NCBI GenBank assembly: GCA_038747545.1 | Contig: JBCDJT010000002.1 | Coordinates: 25,041 to 89,040, forward strand | Source: Bacteroidota bacterium | GTDB lineage: Bacteria; Bacteroidota; Rhodothermia; Rhodothermales; JBCCMF01 | Length of the DNA stretch: 64,000 nucleotides | Direction of reading: 5' to 3' | Part shown: piece after piece, positions 18,615-29,085 of the stretch | How positions within the stretch are numbered: position 1 is the stretch's first letter | Layout of the letters: every line of letters starts with the position of its first letter | Notes under the pieces: generated by a model | Told to the model about the DNA's origin: nothing | Seen by the model: the letters and a program-made list of their open reading frames with translations, nothing else | The model's database searches: none | Translations under genes and position numbers: made by a program

Positions 18615-20537
18615 CTACGCCGATGGGCTCGGCTTGGCATCGAGCAGGTCGCGCAGGGTGGCGAAGAGGCGTTCGGGAGGGCACGGCTTGGGCAGGCATA
18701 CCGCGGCGCCTGCCGCCAACACCTCGGCGGCGCGGTCGGTAGCTAAGCCACTGTTGGCCAGGATAGGCAGCTCGGCGTGCAGTGCCTGCGCATGCTTGAT
18801 GACCGCCAGGCCATCGATGCCGGGCATCATCAGGTCCGTGAGCAGGATGTCGAAGTCGCTGCCATAGCGGTTGAGGAAGGCGATGGCCTCGTCGCCGCCT
18901 TGCGCAGCGGTAACCATGTAGCCCGCGTCCTCCAACAAGTCCTGCGTCACATCGAGCAAGGCATCCTCGTCGTCAACCAACAGAATGTGCTCGCCGTGGC
19001 CACGCAGATCCTGGCGGTCGGCGGCGAGCGGTTCAGGCCGGTGTGTTTCGCTCGCCATGGGCAGGTACACCGAGAACGTAGTGCCTTCGCCGACCTCGCT
19101 GGTGGCGTTGACGAAGCCTCCGTGGCTGCGCACGATGCTGTAGACGGTAGAGAGGCCGAGCCCGGTGCCTTTGCCCGTGGGTTTGGTGGTGAAGAACGGC
19201 TCAAACACCTTCGCCAGCACATCGGGGGGCATCCCGGTGCCCGTGTCGGTGATGGCGATGCAGACATAGGTCCCTGACTCGGCGTTGAGCAGCTCAAGCA
19301 GCTCATTTTCCTCGGTGAGCTCTACGTTGGAGCCCTCGATGTGCAACTCGCCGCCACTCGGCATGGCATCGCGCGCGTTCACGCACAGGTTGACGAGTAC
19401 TTGCTGCAGCTGCGTCGCATCGCCAATGACCGCGTGTAAGTCAGGCGAGACGTCGGTCGTCACGGCCACCGTTCTCGGAAATGTTTGGTCCACGATGTGC
19501 ATCACCTCATCGAGGATGCGGCCGGGGTGCAGGCGGTGGCGCTCGCCTTCTACGCCGCGGGCGAAGGCCAAGACCTGGCGCACCATGTCAGAGCCGCGCT
19601 GGGCACTCTTCTGGATCATCGAGAGGGTGCGGCTGGACTTCTCGTCGGTAGCGAGTCGTGTTTGCAGCACCTCCACCCCGAGCAGCACGGGCACCAGCAG
19701 GTTGCCGAGGTCGTGCGCGATGCCGCCCACCAGCGTGCCGATGCTCTCCATCCGCTGCGACCGCAGGAACTGCAACTCCAGCTTCTTCCGCTCGGTGATG
19801 TCGGTTTTGATCATCAGCACCGAGCGTGGTTCGCCAAAGGAATCGCGCACGAGCGTCCAGCGGCTGTCGAGCACAATATCGGCGCCAGACTTGGTGGTGG
19901 GCAGCCACTCGCCCGACCACGCACCACGCATGAGCACCTGCTTCCACGCATCGCTGTCCCGCAGGTCACCTTCGGCCAGGTGATCTGTGGTCACCTCATC
20001 GGCGTGCCAGCCCAGGACGTCTTCGGCGCTCTTGTTCCAGTACGTGACCTGCCCCTTGAGGTCGAGCGCCATAATGACGTCGCGCGCCTTGTCGATCAGC
20101 TCGGCCTGCTCGCGGATGCGCTCGTCGGCACGGTGGCGCTCCAAGGCGTAGCGGATGGAGCGCTCCAGCAGCTGGGCGTCGATGTGGTTCTTCGAGAGGT
20201 AGTCCGCCGCCCCGGCCATCATGGCCTGGAGGTCGGTGTCGAGGTCGCCCTGGCCCGTCAGCAGGATGAGCGGCGTGGCCGCCCCGCGCGCACGAGCGTC
20301 TTCGATGAGCTGTAGCCCCGTACGCGGCCCCAGCCGGTAGTCAACGAGGGCTACGTCGTACGGGTGGCTGAGCACCGCGTCGAGTCCGGCTTCGTACGTC
20401 TTGTGCCAGTCGAGCTCAAAGGCTTGGCGGCCCTTCTGGAGCAGGCGACGCGTGATGATGTAGTCGTCGGGGTCGTCTTCGATGAGCAGAAGGCGAACAG
20501 GGGTGTCCAGCATACGTGTACCAGTGGGCAGAGACAA
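18615..20537 (-). CDS. Hybrid sensor histidine kinase (REC-PAS-HisKA-HATPase-REC)
   Basis: N-terminal receiver VRLLLIEDDPDDYII...VALVDYRLG, a PAS region, H-box GGIAHDLGNLL, ATPase G-boxes DTGTGM and GTGLGLS, and a C-terminal receiver ILLVDDEDALL...ILLTDLMMPGIDG. Confidence 0.9.
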   Translation of the reverse strand: MSLPTGTRMLDTPVRLLLIEDDPDDYIITRRLLQKGRQAFELDWHKTYEAGLDAVLSHPYDVALVDYRLGPRTGLQLIEDARARGAATPLILLTGQGDLDTDLQAMMAGAADYLSKNHIDAQLLERSIRYALERHRADERIREQAELIDKARDVIMALDLKGQVTYWNKSAEDVLGWHADEVTTDHLAEGDLRDSDAWKQVLMRGAWSGEWLPTTKSGADIVLDSRWTLVRDSFGEPRSVLMIKTDITERKKLELQFLRSQRMESIGTLVGGIAHDLGNLLVPVLLGVEVLQTRLATDEKSSRTLSMIQKSAQRGSDMVRQVLAFARGVEGERHRLHPGRILDEVMHIVDQTFPRTVAVTTDVSPDLHAVIGDATQLQQVLVNLCVNARDAMPSGGELHIEGSNVELTEENELLELLNAESGTYVCIAITDTGTGMPPDVLAKVFEPFFTTKPTGKGTGLGLSTVYSIVRSHGGFVNATSEVGEGTTFSVYLPMASETHRPEPLAADRQDLRGHGEHILLVDDEDALLDVTQDLLEDAGYMVTAAQGGDEAIAFLNRYGSDFDILLTDLMMPGIDGLAVIKHAQALHAELPILANSGLATDRAAEVLAAGAAVCLPKPCPPERLFATLRDLLDAKPSPSA

Positions 20538-20608
20538 GGTATCCCCTGCACGCGCACGCGCCCGAAGGGTTCACCGCGCCAGGAGCCACCAAGCCGTCGT
20601 GTTGCCCC

Positions 20609-21052
20609 CTACTCGGGCAGCCGCACAATCTCAAACCAGAAGTCGCCGATGACCTGGATGGCCTTGGTGAGCCCGTTGAACGACACGGGTTTCGTGACGA
20701 AGGCGTTCACGCCAAGGTCGTAGGTCTGCAGGATGTCCTGCTCGGCTTCGGAGGTGGTGAGGACGATCACCGGGATGCGACGTAGCTCGGGGTCTTGCTT
20801 GATCTCGCTCAGCGCCTCGCGACCGTCTTTACGCGGCATGTTGAGGTCCAGCAGGATCACGCCCGGCCGCGGTGCGGTGGCGGGATCGGTGTACTTGCCG
20901 CGGCGGTAGAGGTAATCCATCAGCTCCTCGCCATCTTCGACTACATTGATGGTGTTGGCGAGGCGGCTGTTTTTCAGGGCACGGATGGTAAGGAGCTGAT
21001 CATCCGGATCATCTTCCGCAAGGAGGATCTTCACAGGGTCGCGGTTGCTCAT
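20609..21052 (-). CDS. Single-domain response regulator (REC only)
   Basis: MSNRDPVKILLAEDDPDDQLL...VILLDLNMPRKDG...PVIVLTTS...AFVTKP. Its ATG at 21052 overlaps the upstream kinase stop (ATGA). The track ORF is trimmed by 39 codons. Confidence 0.9.
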   Translation of the reverse strand: MSNRDPVKILLAEDDPDDQLLTIRALKNSRLANTINVVEDGEELMDYLYRRGKYTDPATAPRPGVILLDLNMPRKDGREALSEIKQDPELRRIPVIVLTTSEAEQDILQTYDLGVNAFVTKPVSFNGLTKAIQVIGDFWFEIVRLPE

Positions 21053-22566
21053 GGTGGATTGGTTTGAATCTCCTGCACAATAGGGAGCGCTATGATGAAT
21101 GTGGCTCCTTCTCCCGGTACGCCTTCGGCGCGGATCGTCCCGTGGTGGCGCGACACAATCCTGCGGCAAATGGCCAGACCCATGCCCGTCCCGGGGTAGC
21201 TGTTGCGGCCATGCAAACGGCGGAAGGGCGAGAAGATGCGGTCGGCATACTTCGGCGCAAAGCCGATGCCGTAGTCCCGCACGCTGACCTCAACCATATC
21301 CGCTGTCGCTTGCGAAGCCGCTGCAAGGCCTACCTCTACGCGAGGGGCTTGATCAGGCGGGCTGAATTTAAGCGCGTTGCTGACGAGGTTTTGTAACAAT
21401 TGGTGCATTTGCGAAGGGTCGGCTTCGACGGTGGGAAGCCGCCTGACGTACACCTCTGCCTCGGTCTCTTGGATGCGGTACTCGAGGTCGGAGAGTACGT
21501 CCACCATGACCTTGTTGAGGTCTACGGGTTCGAACGCCCGGCCGTGTGTAGCCACGCGGCTGAATGCCAGCAAGTCCGACAGCAGGCGCGACATACGGGT
21601 GGCCGCCTCGCCCACGCGCTCTAGGTAATACGGCCCTTCGCCGCTGAGCTGGTCGCCGTGGTCTTCGGCAATCAGGTCGGTGAACGCCCGGATCTTGCGG
21701 AGCGGCTCCTGCAAGTCGTGCGAAGCCACGTACGCGAAGTCCTGCAGCTCCTGGTTCCGCTGCTCCAAGACGTGCGTGTAGCGCATGCGCTCCCGCTCTA
21801 CCTGCTTGCGGTCGGTGATGTCTACCGCGCTGAAGCACACGCCGATGACCGCGTGATCTTGGTCGTAGACGGGCGACTTGCTGAGTTCATACCACACCTC
21901 GTCTTTGCCCAGGCGGTACCGGCGCTCATGTACGGTGGTGCCACCGTCCACGGCACGCTCGAAGTCTGCGCGGAACGAGGTAGCGTCGGCATCGGGCATC
22001 ACATCGTAGAACGAGCCCCCTACCTGAGGGGCGCGCCCGAACATGGCCTGCGTGTGCGTCTGCGCCACCGAGTTGACAGCCTGCACGTTGCCGTTGAGGT
22101 CGAGCAGGACGAACGACTGAATGCTGTTGTTGAACAGGGCCCGCAGGTTGGCCTCGGAGGTGCGCAGGGCTTCTTCGCTGCGCTTCTGCGCGGTCTTGTC
22201 CTCCGCAAACATGATGAGCCCGCCGATCTGGCCGTCGGCGCCGTACCACGGCCGCATCTCCCATCCGATCCAGTACGTCTCGCCGCCTGAGCGAGCGATG
22301 GGGTCGCCTTCGCTGTGCAGCAGCTCGCCTTCCAGCACGTGCTCAAAGGTGCTCGCCCAAAAGCCGCTGGCGTCGTCGAAATAGTCGGCGTGCGCCTCGC
22401 CTTTCAGGGAGAGCAGGTGCAAGTCGAAGTCACTGGCCCATCGGCTGCTGGCCATGATGTAGCGCAGGGACGTGTCCATCATCGCTACGGCGGCAGGCAT
22501 GTGCTGCACGAACAGCTGTAGGGAGTTCACCTGACTGAACATCGACGGTGCCGTGGCGCCGCTCAT
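21049..22566 (-). CDS. PAS-domain sensor histidine kinase
   Basis: 505 aa. Two PAS-like regions, H-box FAYVASHDLQEPLRKI, and ATPase motifs DYGIGF and GTGMGLAICRRIV. Confidence 0.9.
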   Translation of the reverse strand: MSGATAPSMFSQVNSLQLFVQHMPAAVAMMDTSLRYIMASSRWASDFDLHLLSLKGEAHADYFDDASGFWASTFEHVLEGELLHSEGDPIARSGGETYWIGWEMRPWYGADGQIGGLIMFAEDKTAQKRSEEALRTSEANLRALFNNSIQSFVLLDLNGNVQAVNSVAQTHTQAMFGRAPQVGGSFYDVMPDADATSFRADFERAVDGGTTVHERRYRLGKDEVWYELSKSPVYDQDHAVIGVCFSAVDITDRKQVERERMRYTHVLEQRNQELQDFAYVASHDLQEPLRKIRAFTDLIAEDHGDQLSGEGPYYLERVGEAATRMSRLLSDLLAFSRVATHGRAFEPVDLNKVMVDVLSDLEYRIQETEAEVYVRRLPTVEADPSQMHQLLQNLVSNALKFSPPDQAPRVEVGLAAASQATADMVEVSVRDYGIGFAPKYADRIFSPFRRLHGRNSYPGTGMGLAICRRIVSRHHGTIRAEGVPGEGATFIIALPIVQEIQTNPP

Positions 22567-22702
22567 GGACGGCTGTGATATGGGAACGGACGTGGCCAGG
22601 GCGCAAACCTGTAGAAACGGTAGGGATAGACGTAACTTCCACGCCTACGCGCTGCACGGGCTCCTGGGGGATGGTGAGGCTGGGGTAACGTACCCGTAGC
22701 CG

Positions 22703-23887
22703 CTATGCAACATCGGCCGCAAACCGAGCCTGGATCTGCTCCAGGTGGTCGCCGCCGTAGCGCTCCATGAACGCCTGGGCGATCGTATAGGCCACTACCG
22801 CCTCGGCCACCGTCGATGCGGCGGGCACGCTCGTCACGTCGCTGCGCTCATAGCGGGTAGGCTGGGCCTCGCCGCTGGCAAGGTCTACCGTGCCGAGGGG
22901 CTTGATGAGCGTGGGGATGGGCTTCATGTAGCCGCGCACGACGATGGGCATGCCGTTGGAGATACCGCCTTCGATGCCGCCGGCGTGGTTGCTGGTGCGG
23001 CGGTAGCCGCTGTCGCCCTGGGTGATGGGGTCGTGGACCTGCGAGCCCGGACGGTACGCGCCCAGCATGCCATCGCCAATCTCCACGGCTTTCTGGGCTT
23101 GTATAGAGAGGATCGCCTGGGCCAGCCGCCCATCAAGCCTGCGGTCCCACTGCACGTAGGAGCCGAGCCCCACGGGCACGCCCGTGACGACGACTTCGTA
23201 GATGCCGCCGAGCGAGTCGCCTTCCTTCTTCTTGCCCTTGATGTAGTCGATGCACTGGGCGCTGAGCTCGGGGTCGAGCATGCGCACCTGGCTGGCGTCC
23301 GCAGGGGCGTTGAGGCCTTCGGCGCCATCGGCGGTGAGCGCGGCTACACGCTCGTACCACGCGTCGGGGTGCTCGTAGCCTACGCCGCCAATGCGGACGA
23401 CGTGGCTTCCGATCTCGATGCCGAACTGCTTGAGGAACTGCCGCGCCAGGGAGCAGCACGCCACGCGCATCGCCGTCTCGCGCGCGCTGGAGCGGTCGAT
23501 GACCGGGCGGATGTCGTTCAGGCCGTACTTCTGCACGCCCACGAGGTCGGCGTGGCCAGGGCGGGGCAGTGTGATGGGCTCGATGCCCTCGCCGTCGCCT
23601 TCAACGGCCATGACCTCGGGCCAGCCCGACTTGTCCTTGAGGTAGGCCGCGTTGTCCAGCCGAAGCGCGACGGGGCTGCCCATCGTCTTGCCAAACCGGA
23701 TGCCGCTGTAGATATGCACCTTGTCGCGCTCGATCTTTGCGCGCCCGCCTCGTCCGAAGCCCAGCCAGCGCCGGGCCAGGTGCGTGTTGATGTCTGCGGC
23801 GCCTACAGGCACACCCGCAGGCAACCCTTCCACAATGCCAATCAGCGCCTCGCCGTGCGACTCGCCTGCCGTAAAGTACCGGATCAT
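22703..23887 (-). CDS. aroC: Chorismate synthase
   Basis: MIRYFTAGESHGEALIGIVEGLPAGVP...RPGHADL...RSSARETA... is the canonical AroC sequence; 394 aa. Confidence 0.95.
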   Translation of the reverse strand: MIRYFTAGESHGEALIGIVEGLPAGVPVGAADINTHLARRWLGFGRGGRAKIERDKVHIYSGIRFGKTMGSPVALRLDNAAYLKDKSGWPEVMAVEGDGEGIEPITLPRPGHADLVGVQKYGLNDIRPVIDRSSARETAMRVACCSLARQFLKQFGIEIGSHVVRIGGVGYEHPDAWYERVAALTADGAEGLNAPADASQVRMLDPELSAQCIDYIKGKKKEGDSLGGIYEVVVTGVPVGLGSYVQWDRRLDGRLAQAILSIQAQKAVEIGDGMLGAYRPGSQVHDPITQGDSGYRRTSNHAGGIEGGISNGMPIVVRGYMKPIPTLIKPLGTVDLASGEAQPTRYERSDVTSVPAASTVAEAVVAYTIAQAFMERYGGDHLEQIQARFAADVA

Positions 23888-24014
23888 GTAATTCTGTTGA
23901 GTCCGTGTCCTGAGTGGGAGAGGAGGGGCCGGAATCTACACCACAGACGCCTCAGAAGGCGCACGAGCGGCGCGGAAGTACGCTTTGTCATTCCTTCTTC
24001 ACTCGTTCGCTACG

Positions 24015-24920
24015 TCAGTGCGGCGCGCGCGTCTGCTGGTTGACGTAGCCCGCCCGCTGCAGCAATTCCAGCGGCGGCACCCAGCGCACCGTGTCTACGT
24101 ACGCCGCGCCCACAAAGCCAAAGCCGTTCTCGACGTTGGAAAACAAGCCGGGCTCCACCAGCACCTCGGCATCGAACCGCCCGATAGGCGACACCCAGGC
24201 GGCGTCGCCTACGTGGATGCGCGCTTCGATGGCATTGAGCACCAGCAGGGCAAAGCGCTCGTCGAAGGCGTCGTACGCCTCCCGCACGGCTTCTACATCT
24301 GCCGTGAGGTCCACGTTGATCTCCCATCCGCCGTTCACAGGCTGGGCCCGCCCCTCGTAGGGTACAATCACGTTGAGCGCGCGTGTGGTGGTGGTCCCTG
24401 CCCCCGCCACCGACTCTACCTGGTACTCTACGTCGATGCGGGGCATCGTGGGCGGCTCGCCGTCGACGCGGACGGGCAGCAAGATCGGGCGTACCTGCCC
24501 TCGGTTGGGTTCGGCGACCCGCACCGTCACGGGCGGCGGCACCGTCACCGGCGCGGTCGTGCTCGTGGCGCTGTCAGACCGCTGGGCCTCGAACGTGAAC
24601 GTCTCGCCGTGATGCACCGGGAAGGCCGACCAGAACACATGCCGCCGGTCGCCATCGGCCAGTGTCACCAGCGAGTCCTTCCACACGCGCACCTCGCCCG
24701 TCGTTTGGTTGCGCGAGGTGAAGGTGGCATCGAGGTCTACGTCGCCAATCAGCTGGAGCTGGTTCTCGATGGAAAAGAGCCGTACGGCCTGCGTGTCCAC
24801 CTCGGGGTTCACCAGCCCCCACATCGTAAAGGGCCGCTCGGTGCCTTCGATAGGGTCAACCGATGTGTCGCAGCCGAGCAGCGCGCTCCAAAGCATGAGG
24901 ATGACGAGGCCGCGCTTCAT
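24015..24920 (-). CDS. DUF4249-like lipoprotein (partner of the upstream TonB-dependent receptor)
   Basis: Lipobox ALLGCD. 301 aa. ATGA overlap with the receptor stop at 24917-24920. This receptor plus small lipoprotein arrangement is common in Bacteroidota. Family assignment is from memory, not from a search. Confidence 0.65.
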   Translation of the reverse strand: MKRGLVILMLWSALLGCDTSVDPIEGTERPFTMWGLVNPEVDTQAVRLFSIENQLQLIGDVDLDATFTSRNQTTGEVRVWKDSLVTLADGDRRHVFWSAFPVHHGETFTFEAQRSDSATSTTAPVTVPPPVTVRVAEPNRGQVRPILLPVRVDGEPPTMPRIDVEYQVESVAGAGTTTTRALNVIVPYEGRAQPVNGGWEINVDLTADVEAVREAYDAFDERFALLVLNAIEARIHVGDAAWVSPIGRFDAEVLVEPGLFSNVENGFGFVGAAYVDTVRWVPPLELLQRAGYVNQQTRAPH

Positions 24921-27166
24921 TTGACGTCCACCTTGAGGCCAAAGGTGGGCAGAAACGGCAGCTGGTCGGTGCGGCTGAGGGTGAAGAGGTCCAGGCTGAG
25001 CAGGTTGCTGCGGTTGTACACGTTGATGATGCCCGCCTGCGCCGTGAGCGAGAGGGCGGGGAGGTCAAACGTACGCTCTGCCGACACGTCCAGGCGGTGA
25101 TACGCGGGGAGGACGCCGTCGTACGGGCGGGTGTAGATGACACGCTGCTCATCGCCGGCGCTGAAGAGGTCGCTCACGCCCTGCATCAGCACAAAGCCGT
25201 CGAAGCCGACGATGCGGCTGTACGGCAGGCCGGAGCCGTAATTCCAGCGGATGCTCAGGTCCACACCGCCCAGCTGCGTGCCGAGCAGCGCATTGACTTG
25301 GTGGCGCCTGTCGTGCGGCGGTCGGAAGGAGAGCGTTTCGGTGCCGTACCAGAGGAGCAGGTTTTCCTGCTGGGCTTCGTACCGCACCGACGACAGCCCG
25401 TAGTTGACGTAGGCGTACAGGTTGCGGCCCGTCCACTCGGCGCGCAGGTCAAGGCCGCTGGAGCGTCCCGAAGCGGGTTGCAGCTTGGTGCTGAAGCGCG
25501 GAAACGCCGTCCACTCGCTGATGTACAGCCCGCTCAGCCACTTGTGGTAGATCTCGGCCGAGAGTTCAATGTTGGCGCGTGGCCTCACGTTATACCCTGC
25601 CAGCACATGCGTGGCGCGTGGCCACTCATCCGGCGGTGGGTTGCGCCAAGCGGTGAAGATGCTGGTGGCATCGCGGCGGTCGTGCAGGCCGATCACTTCC
25701 TGGTGGTGCAGCCCGAAAGCCGTGCTGAAGGCGTGCGGGCCTGTCTCATACACGGCGCGGAAGCGAGGTTCGAAGAAGGCGTGCATGCCCGTGGTGCTGG
25801 GGAAGAAGTGGAGCACCACGCCCGGTCGTACCAACAGCCCCTTGGCCACGTAGATGTCGGGCTCGGCATAGAAGCCCGCCTTCGTGCGGCGGTTGAAGTC
25901 GAAGCTCAGGTTTTGGTACAGCCCGGAGAGCTGTGCGCCGAACTCGGACGTGCGCCAGAACAGCCCATAGTTCATGTCCACGCCGCCCAAAAAGTACGTC
26001 ATGTTGACGCCGTAGCTGAAGCCCGTGAAGTCGACGGTGCGCACGGGGTCGCCCTCCGGCCCCACGGTAGAGTTGAGCCGTGAGATAGAGACCTGGATCT
26101 CCGTAAAAAACGGACGGTCCTTCGCTAGAAACAGGTAGCGCAGGCCATACGAGCCGTTGCGCCACCGCACCTCGTCCAGGTCGCGGCCCGGTGCGGGCTC
26201 ACCGATGGCGCCGCGGTCGTAGGTGTAGATGCCGCTGAGCGAGATCTGGTGGTTCTGGTTGAGCACCGTGTGCAGCTTCACGAAGGCATCGCCAAACTTG
26301 AAGGGCAGCGGACGGTCGATGTAGCGCGAGGCGCCTTGGTCCAGCACCGAGTGCCGCACGGAGGCGAGCAGCGAGACCTGGTCTTTGGCGATCGGCCCCT
26401 CCACCTGGGCGGCGCTGAGGAACGGGCCCACCGAGGCCGTGCCATCCCAGCGGCGCTTGTTGCCGTTGCGGCTGTACACGTCGATGACTGACGCGATGCG
26501 GCCAGAGTAGCGGCTGCCGAAGCCGCCCGCATACACGTCGGCCCGGCTGATGATGTCGGTGGGGAAGGCTGAGAAGAAGCCGAGCACGTGGAACGGCTGC
26601 AAGAGCGTCATGCCATCGAGCCGCACCAGGTTGTGCGACGGCTCGCCGCCCCGGATGAAGAGCTGCCCGCCCTGGTCGCCGATGGTGACAATGCCGGGTA
26701 AGGTGGTGAGGTACGTGGCCAAGTCGCCCGACACATCGGGTGTGGGCACACGCTCAATGTTCTCCGGCGTGATGGTCTGGGCGCCCGCGATGAGGCGGGC
26801 CGCGCTGCCTTCAGCTTCGGCTTCCACCATCACCTCTTGCAACTCGGTCTCTTGCGGAGCCAGCACGATGTTGAAGGTGCGCACCTCGCCTGCAGTCAAC
26901 GCTAGCGTGTCCACCTGGGCCTCGTACCCAATGAACGACGCTCGCACGATGTAGCGGCCCGGCGTGAGGCGAGCGATGGCATAGATCCCGTTGCCATCGG
27001 TCACCGTCCCGCTCACGTCGCCCTCAGCGCTTGTGGCGACGACGTTGACGCCCTGGAGGGCTTCGCCATCGTCGGCGCCCGTGATGAACCCGCGTACCGT
27101 AGCGGTCTGCGCATGGGCTGCTCCGCTGGCCAAGGCGAGCACCAGGAGGAGAAGACAGCGGCGCAT
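24917..27166 (-). CDS. TonB-dependent receptor with CarboxypepD_reg-like domain
   Basis: MRRCLLLLVLALASGAAHAQTATVRGFITGADDGEALQGVNVV...GRYIVRASFIGYE, then a plug and a barrel ending ...PTFGLKVDVK. Start trimmed from 27292 to ATG 27166. Confidence 0.9.
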   Translation of the reverse strand: MRRCLLLLVLALASGAAHAQTATVRGFITGADDGEALQGVNVVATSAEGDVSGTVTDGNGIYAIARLTPGRYIVRASFIGYEAQVDTLALTAGEVRTFNIVLAPQETELQEVMVEAEAEGSAARLIAGAQTITPENIERVPTPDVSGDLATYLTTLPGIVTIGDQGGQLFIRGGEPSHNLVRLDGMTLLQPFHVLGFFSAFPTDIISRADVYAGGFGSRYSGRIASVIDVYSRNGNKRRWDGTASVGPFLSAAQVEGPIAKDQVSLLASVRHSVLDQGASRYIDRPLPFKFGDAFVKLHTVLNQNHQISLSGIYTYDRGAIGEPAPGRDLDEVRWRNGSYGLRYLFLAKDRPFFTEIQVSISRLNSTVGPEGDPVRTVDFTGFSYGVNMTYFLGGVDMNYGLFWRTSEFGAQLSGLYQNLSFDFNRRTKAGFYAEPDIYVAKGLLVRPGVVLHFFPSTTGMHAFFEPRFRAVYETGPHAFSTAFGLHHQEVIGLHDRRDATSIFTAWRNPPPDEWPRATHVLAGYNVRPRANIELSAEIYHKWLSGLYISEWTAFPRFSTKLQPASGRSSGLDLRAEWTGRNLYAYVNYGLSSVRYEAQQENLLLWYGTETLSFRPPHDRRHQVNALLGTQLGGVDLSIRWNYGSGLPYSRIVGFDGFVLMQGVSDLFSAGDEQRVIYTRPYDGVLPAYHRLDVSAERTFDLPALSLTAQAGIINVYNRSNLLSLDLFTLSRTDQLPFLPTFGLKVDVK

Positions 27167-27501
27167 AAAGCGGGACCGTATGGACGAGCGAGGGTAGCGC
27201 AAATATAGCCGAACAGGCACCCACAGCGCTTCACGGCGTGATATTCGTACCGCACTTGTGGCAATTCGCAGCGGAGCAGAGTCCAGCCACATCCGCTTCC
27301 GAATGGGCAGGTTAGTCCCGGTCGTGCGGCGATTTGGAGCTATCCGTTCTGGTCAAATCGGCAGACTAACGGCAACTGTGAGGAGTGCAGCGTACCTGTT
27401 CGAACAACGGGATCAATTCCCCCGTGGCAAGGCCTAAGAATTTGTAATCGCTGGCTTTTGGTCGTAGCGTTGGGCCTGGAAAGTGCCCTTGGAGCGAAGT
27501 T

Positions 27502-29046
27502 ATGCGCGTACCTCAATCAACCGATGTCACATCGCTTGCGTCAGCCCGTGAGCATCCACCCGGTGTGGCGGAAGCCTCGCCGTTTGCCCATGTGCCTGAT
27601 GCGTTTGAGCGGCTTGCACGGCGCGAAACGCTCTACCGCCGATTGGTGGAGACGACCAGCGATGGCGTGTGGGTCATTGACACCGAGCATCAAACGACGT
27701 TCGTCAATGAGGCCATGGTCGATATGCTGGGCTACGCCAAGGCCGACTTGCTGGCCATGACGATCTACGATGTCGTGGATCCGCAGATGCATGAGACGCT
27801 CGATGAAAACCGGCGCAAGCGTGTTGCAGGCCAGAGCGACGAGTACGAACTCGGGCTCAAGCACGCCAACGGGCGCACCGTCTGGGCATCCATACGCGCC
27901 ACGCCGATGCATGCCCCGGAAGGCGCCTACGAAGGCGTGTTTGCGATCGTGACCAATGTGACGGAGCAGCGTGCGCAGCGTCATGCTCTCCAGCGCAGCG
28001 AGGCGCGCTTGGAAGCGATGTTGCACAGCATCACAGACGCCTTCTTCGCCGTAGACAAGGCATGGACCATCATCGCGATGAACCCGCAGGCGGAGCCCCT
28101 CATGGACGCCAAACGCGAGGCGTTGATTGGCCAGAACCTGTGGGACTGTTACCCCGAGGCGCGTGAAACGACGTTTTATCGCAACTACCACCGCGCTATC
28201 GCTGAGCAGGTGACGGTGCGATTCGAAGAGTATTATCCGCCGCTAAACACGTGGTTTGAAGTGCGCGCCTTTCCGTTTGACGGTGGCCTCTCGGTATACT
28301 TCACCGATATCACGCCGCGCAAGCTGTACGAGGCCAAACTGGAGTCCACGGCCGCAGCACTTGAGCAGCGCAACAAGGAGCTGGAGCAATTCGCCTACAT
28401 CGCTTCGCACGATCTGAAGTCACCGCTGCAGTCCATCTCCGGGCTCGTGAAGCTGTTTCGGAAGCGCTATGGCGATGCGCTAGAGGGCGTGGGGCAGCAA
28501 TATCTCGACTTCATCGCGGACGGTGTCGATCGGATGGCGCGGCTGATCGACGACTTGCTCAACTTCTCCAGGGCCAGCAACAAAGCCCTGAAGCTGCAGC
28601 CTGTGGAGTTGGACGCCATGATCCGAGTGCAACTCCACCAGTTAGAAGCGCAAATTGTGGCGGCCGAAGCCGAGATCACCGTGGACCCGTTGCCCGTGGT
28701 GATGGCCGATGGCCGCTACTTGGGGCAAGTGTTTCAGAACTTGCTCGCCAACGCGTTGGCCTACCGTCGGCCTGGGGTGGCGCCTGTTGTGCAGGTGAGC
28801 GCTAGCCGAGAGGCAGACAGGTGGCGTATCGATGTGCGCGACAACGGCATCGGCATCGCAGAGGAACACCAGGAGCGGATCTTCGACATCTTCCAGCGGC
28901 TCCATACCGAGGAGGATTATCCGGGTACAGGCATTGGCTTGGCCATCTGCCAGCGCGTGGTGGAGCGCCACGGCGGCACACTCTCGGTTACCTCTCTGCC
29001 TGGCGAGGGCTCCACATTCAGCGTGCGGCTCCCCGCGAGCGCGTAG
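27502..29046 (+). CDS. PAS-domain sensor histidine kinase
   Basis: 514 aa. Two PAS regions, H-box FAYIASHDLKSPLQSI, and ATPase motifs DNGIGI and GTGIGLAICQRVV. Confidence 0.9.
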   Translation: MRVPQSTDVTSLASAREHPPGVAEASPFAHVPDAFERLARRETLYRRLVETTSDGVWVIDTEHQTTFVNEAMVDMLGYAKADLLAMTIYDVVDPQMHETLDENRRKRVAGQSDEYELGLKHANGRTVWASIRATPMHAPEGAYEGVFAIVTNVTEQRAQRHALQRSEARLEAMLHSITDAFFAVDKAWTIIAMNPQAEPLMDAKREALIGQNLWDCYPEARETTFYRNYHRAIAEQVTVRFEEYYPPLNTWFEVRAFPFDGGLSVYFTDITPRKLYEAKLESTAAALEQRNKELEQFAYIASHDLKSPLQSISGLVKLFRKRYGDALEGVGQQYLDFIADGVDRMARLIDDLLNFSRASNKALKLQPVELDAMIRVQLHQLEAQIVAAEAEITVDPLPVVMADGRYLGQVFQNLLANALAYRRPGVAPVVQVSASREADRWRIDVRDNGIGIAEEHQERIFDIFQRLHTEEDYPGTGIGLAICQRVVERHGGTLSVTSLPGEGSTFSVRLPASA

Positions 29047-29085
29047 GCTTGCAGGACAGCAGCGAGGCTACAACCAGGGAGCGGC

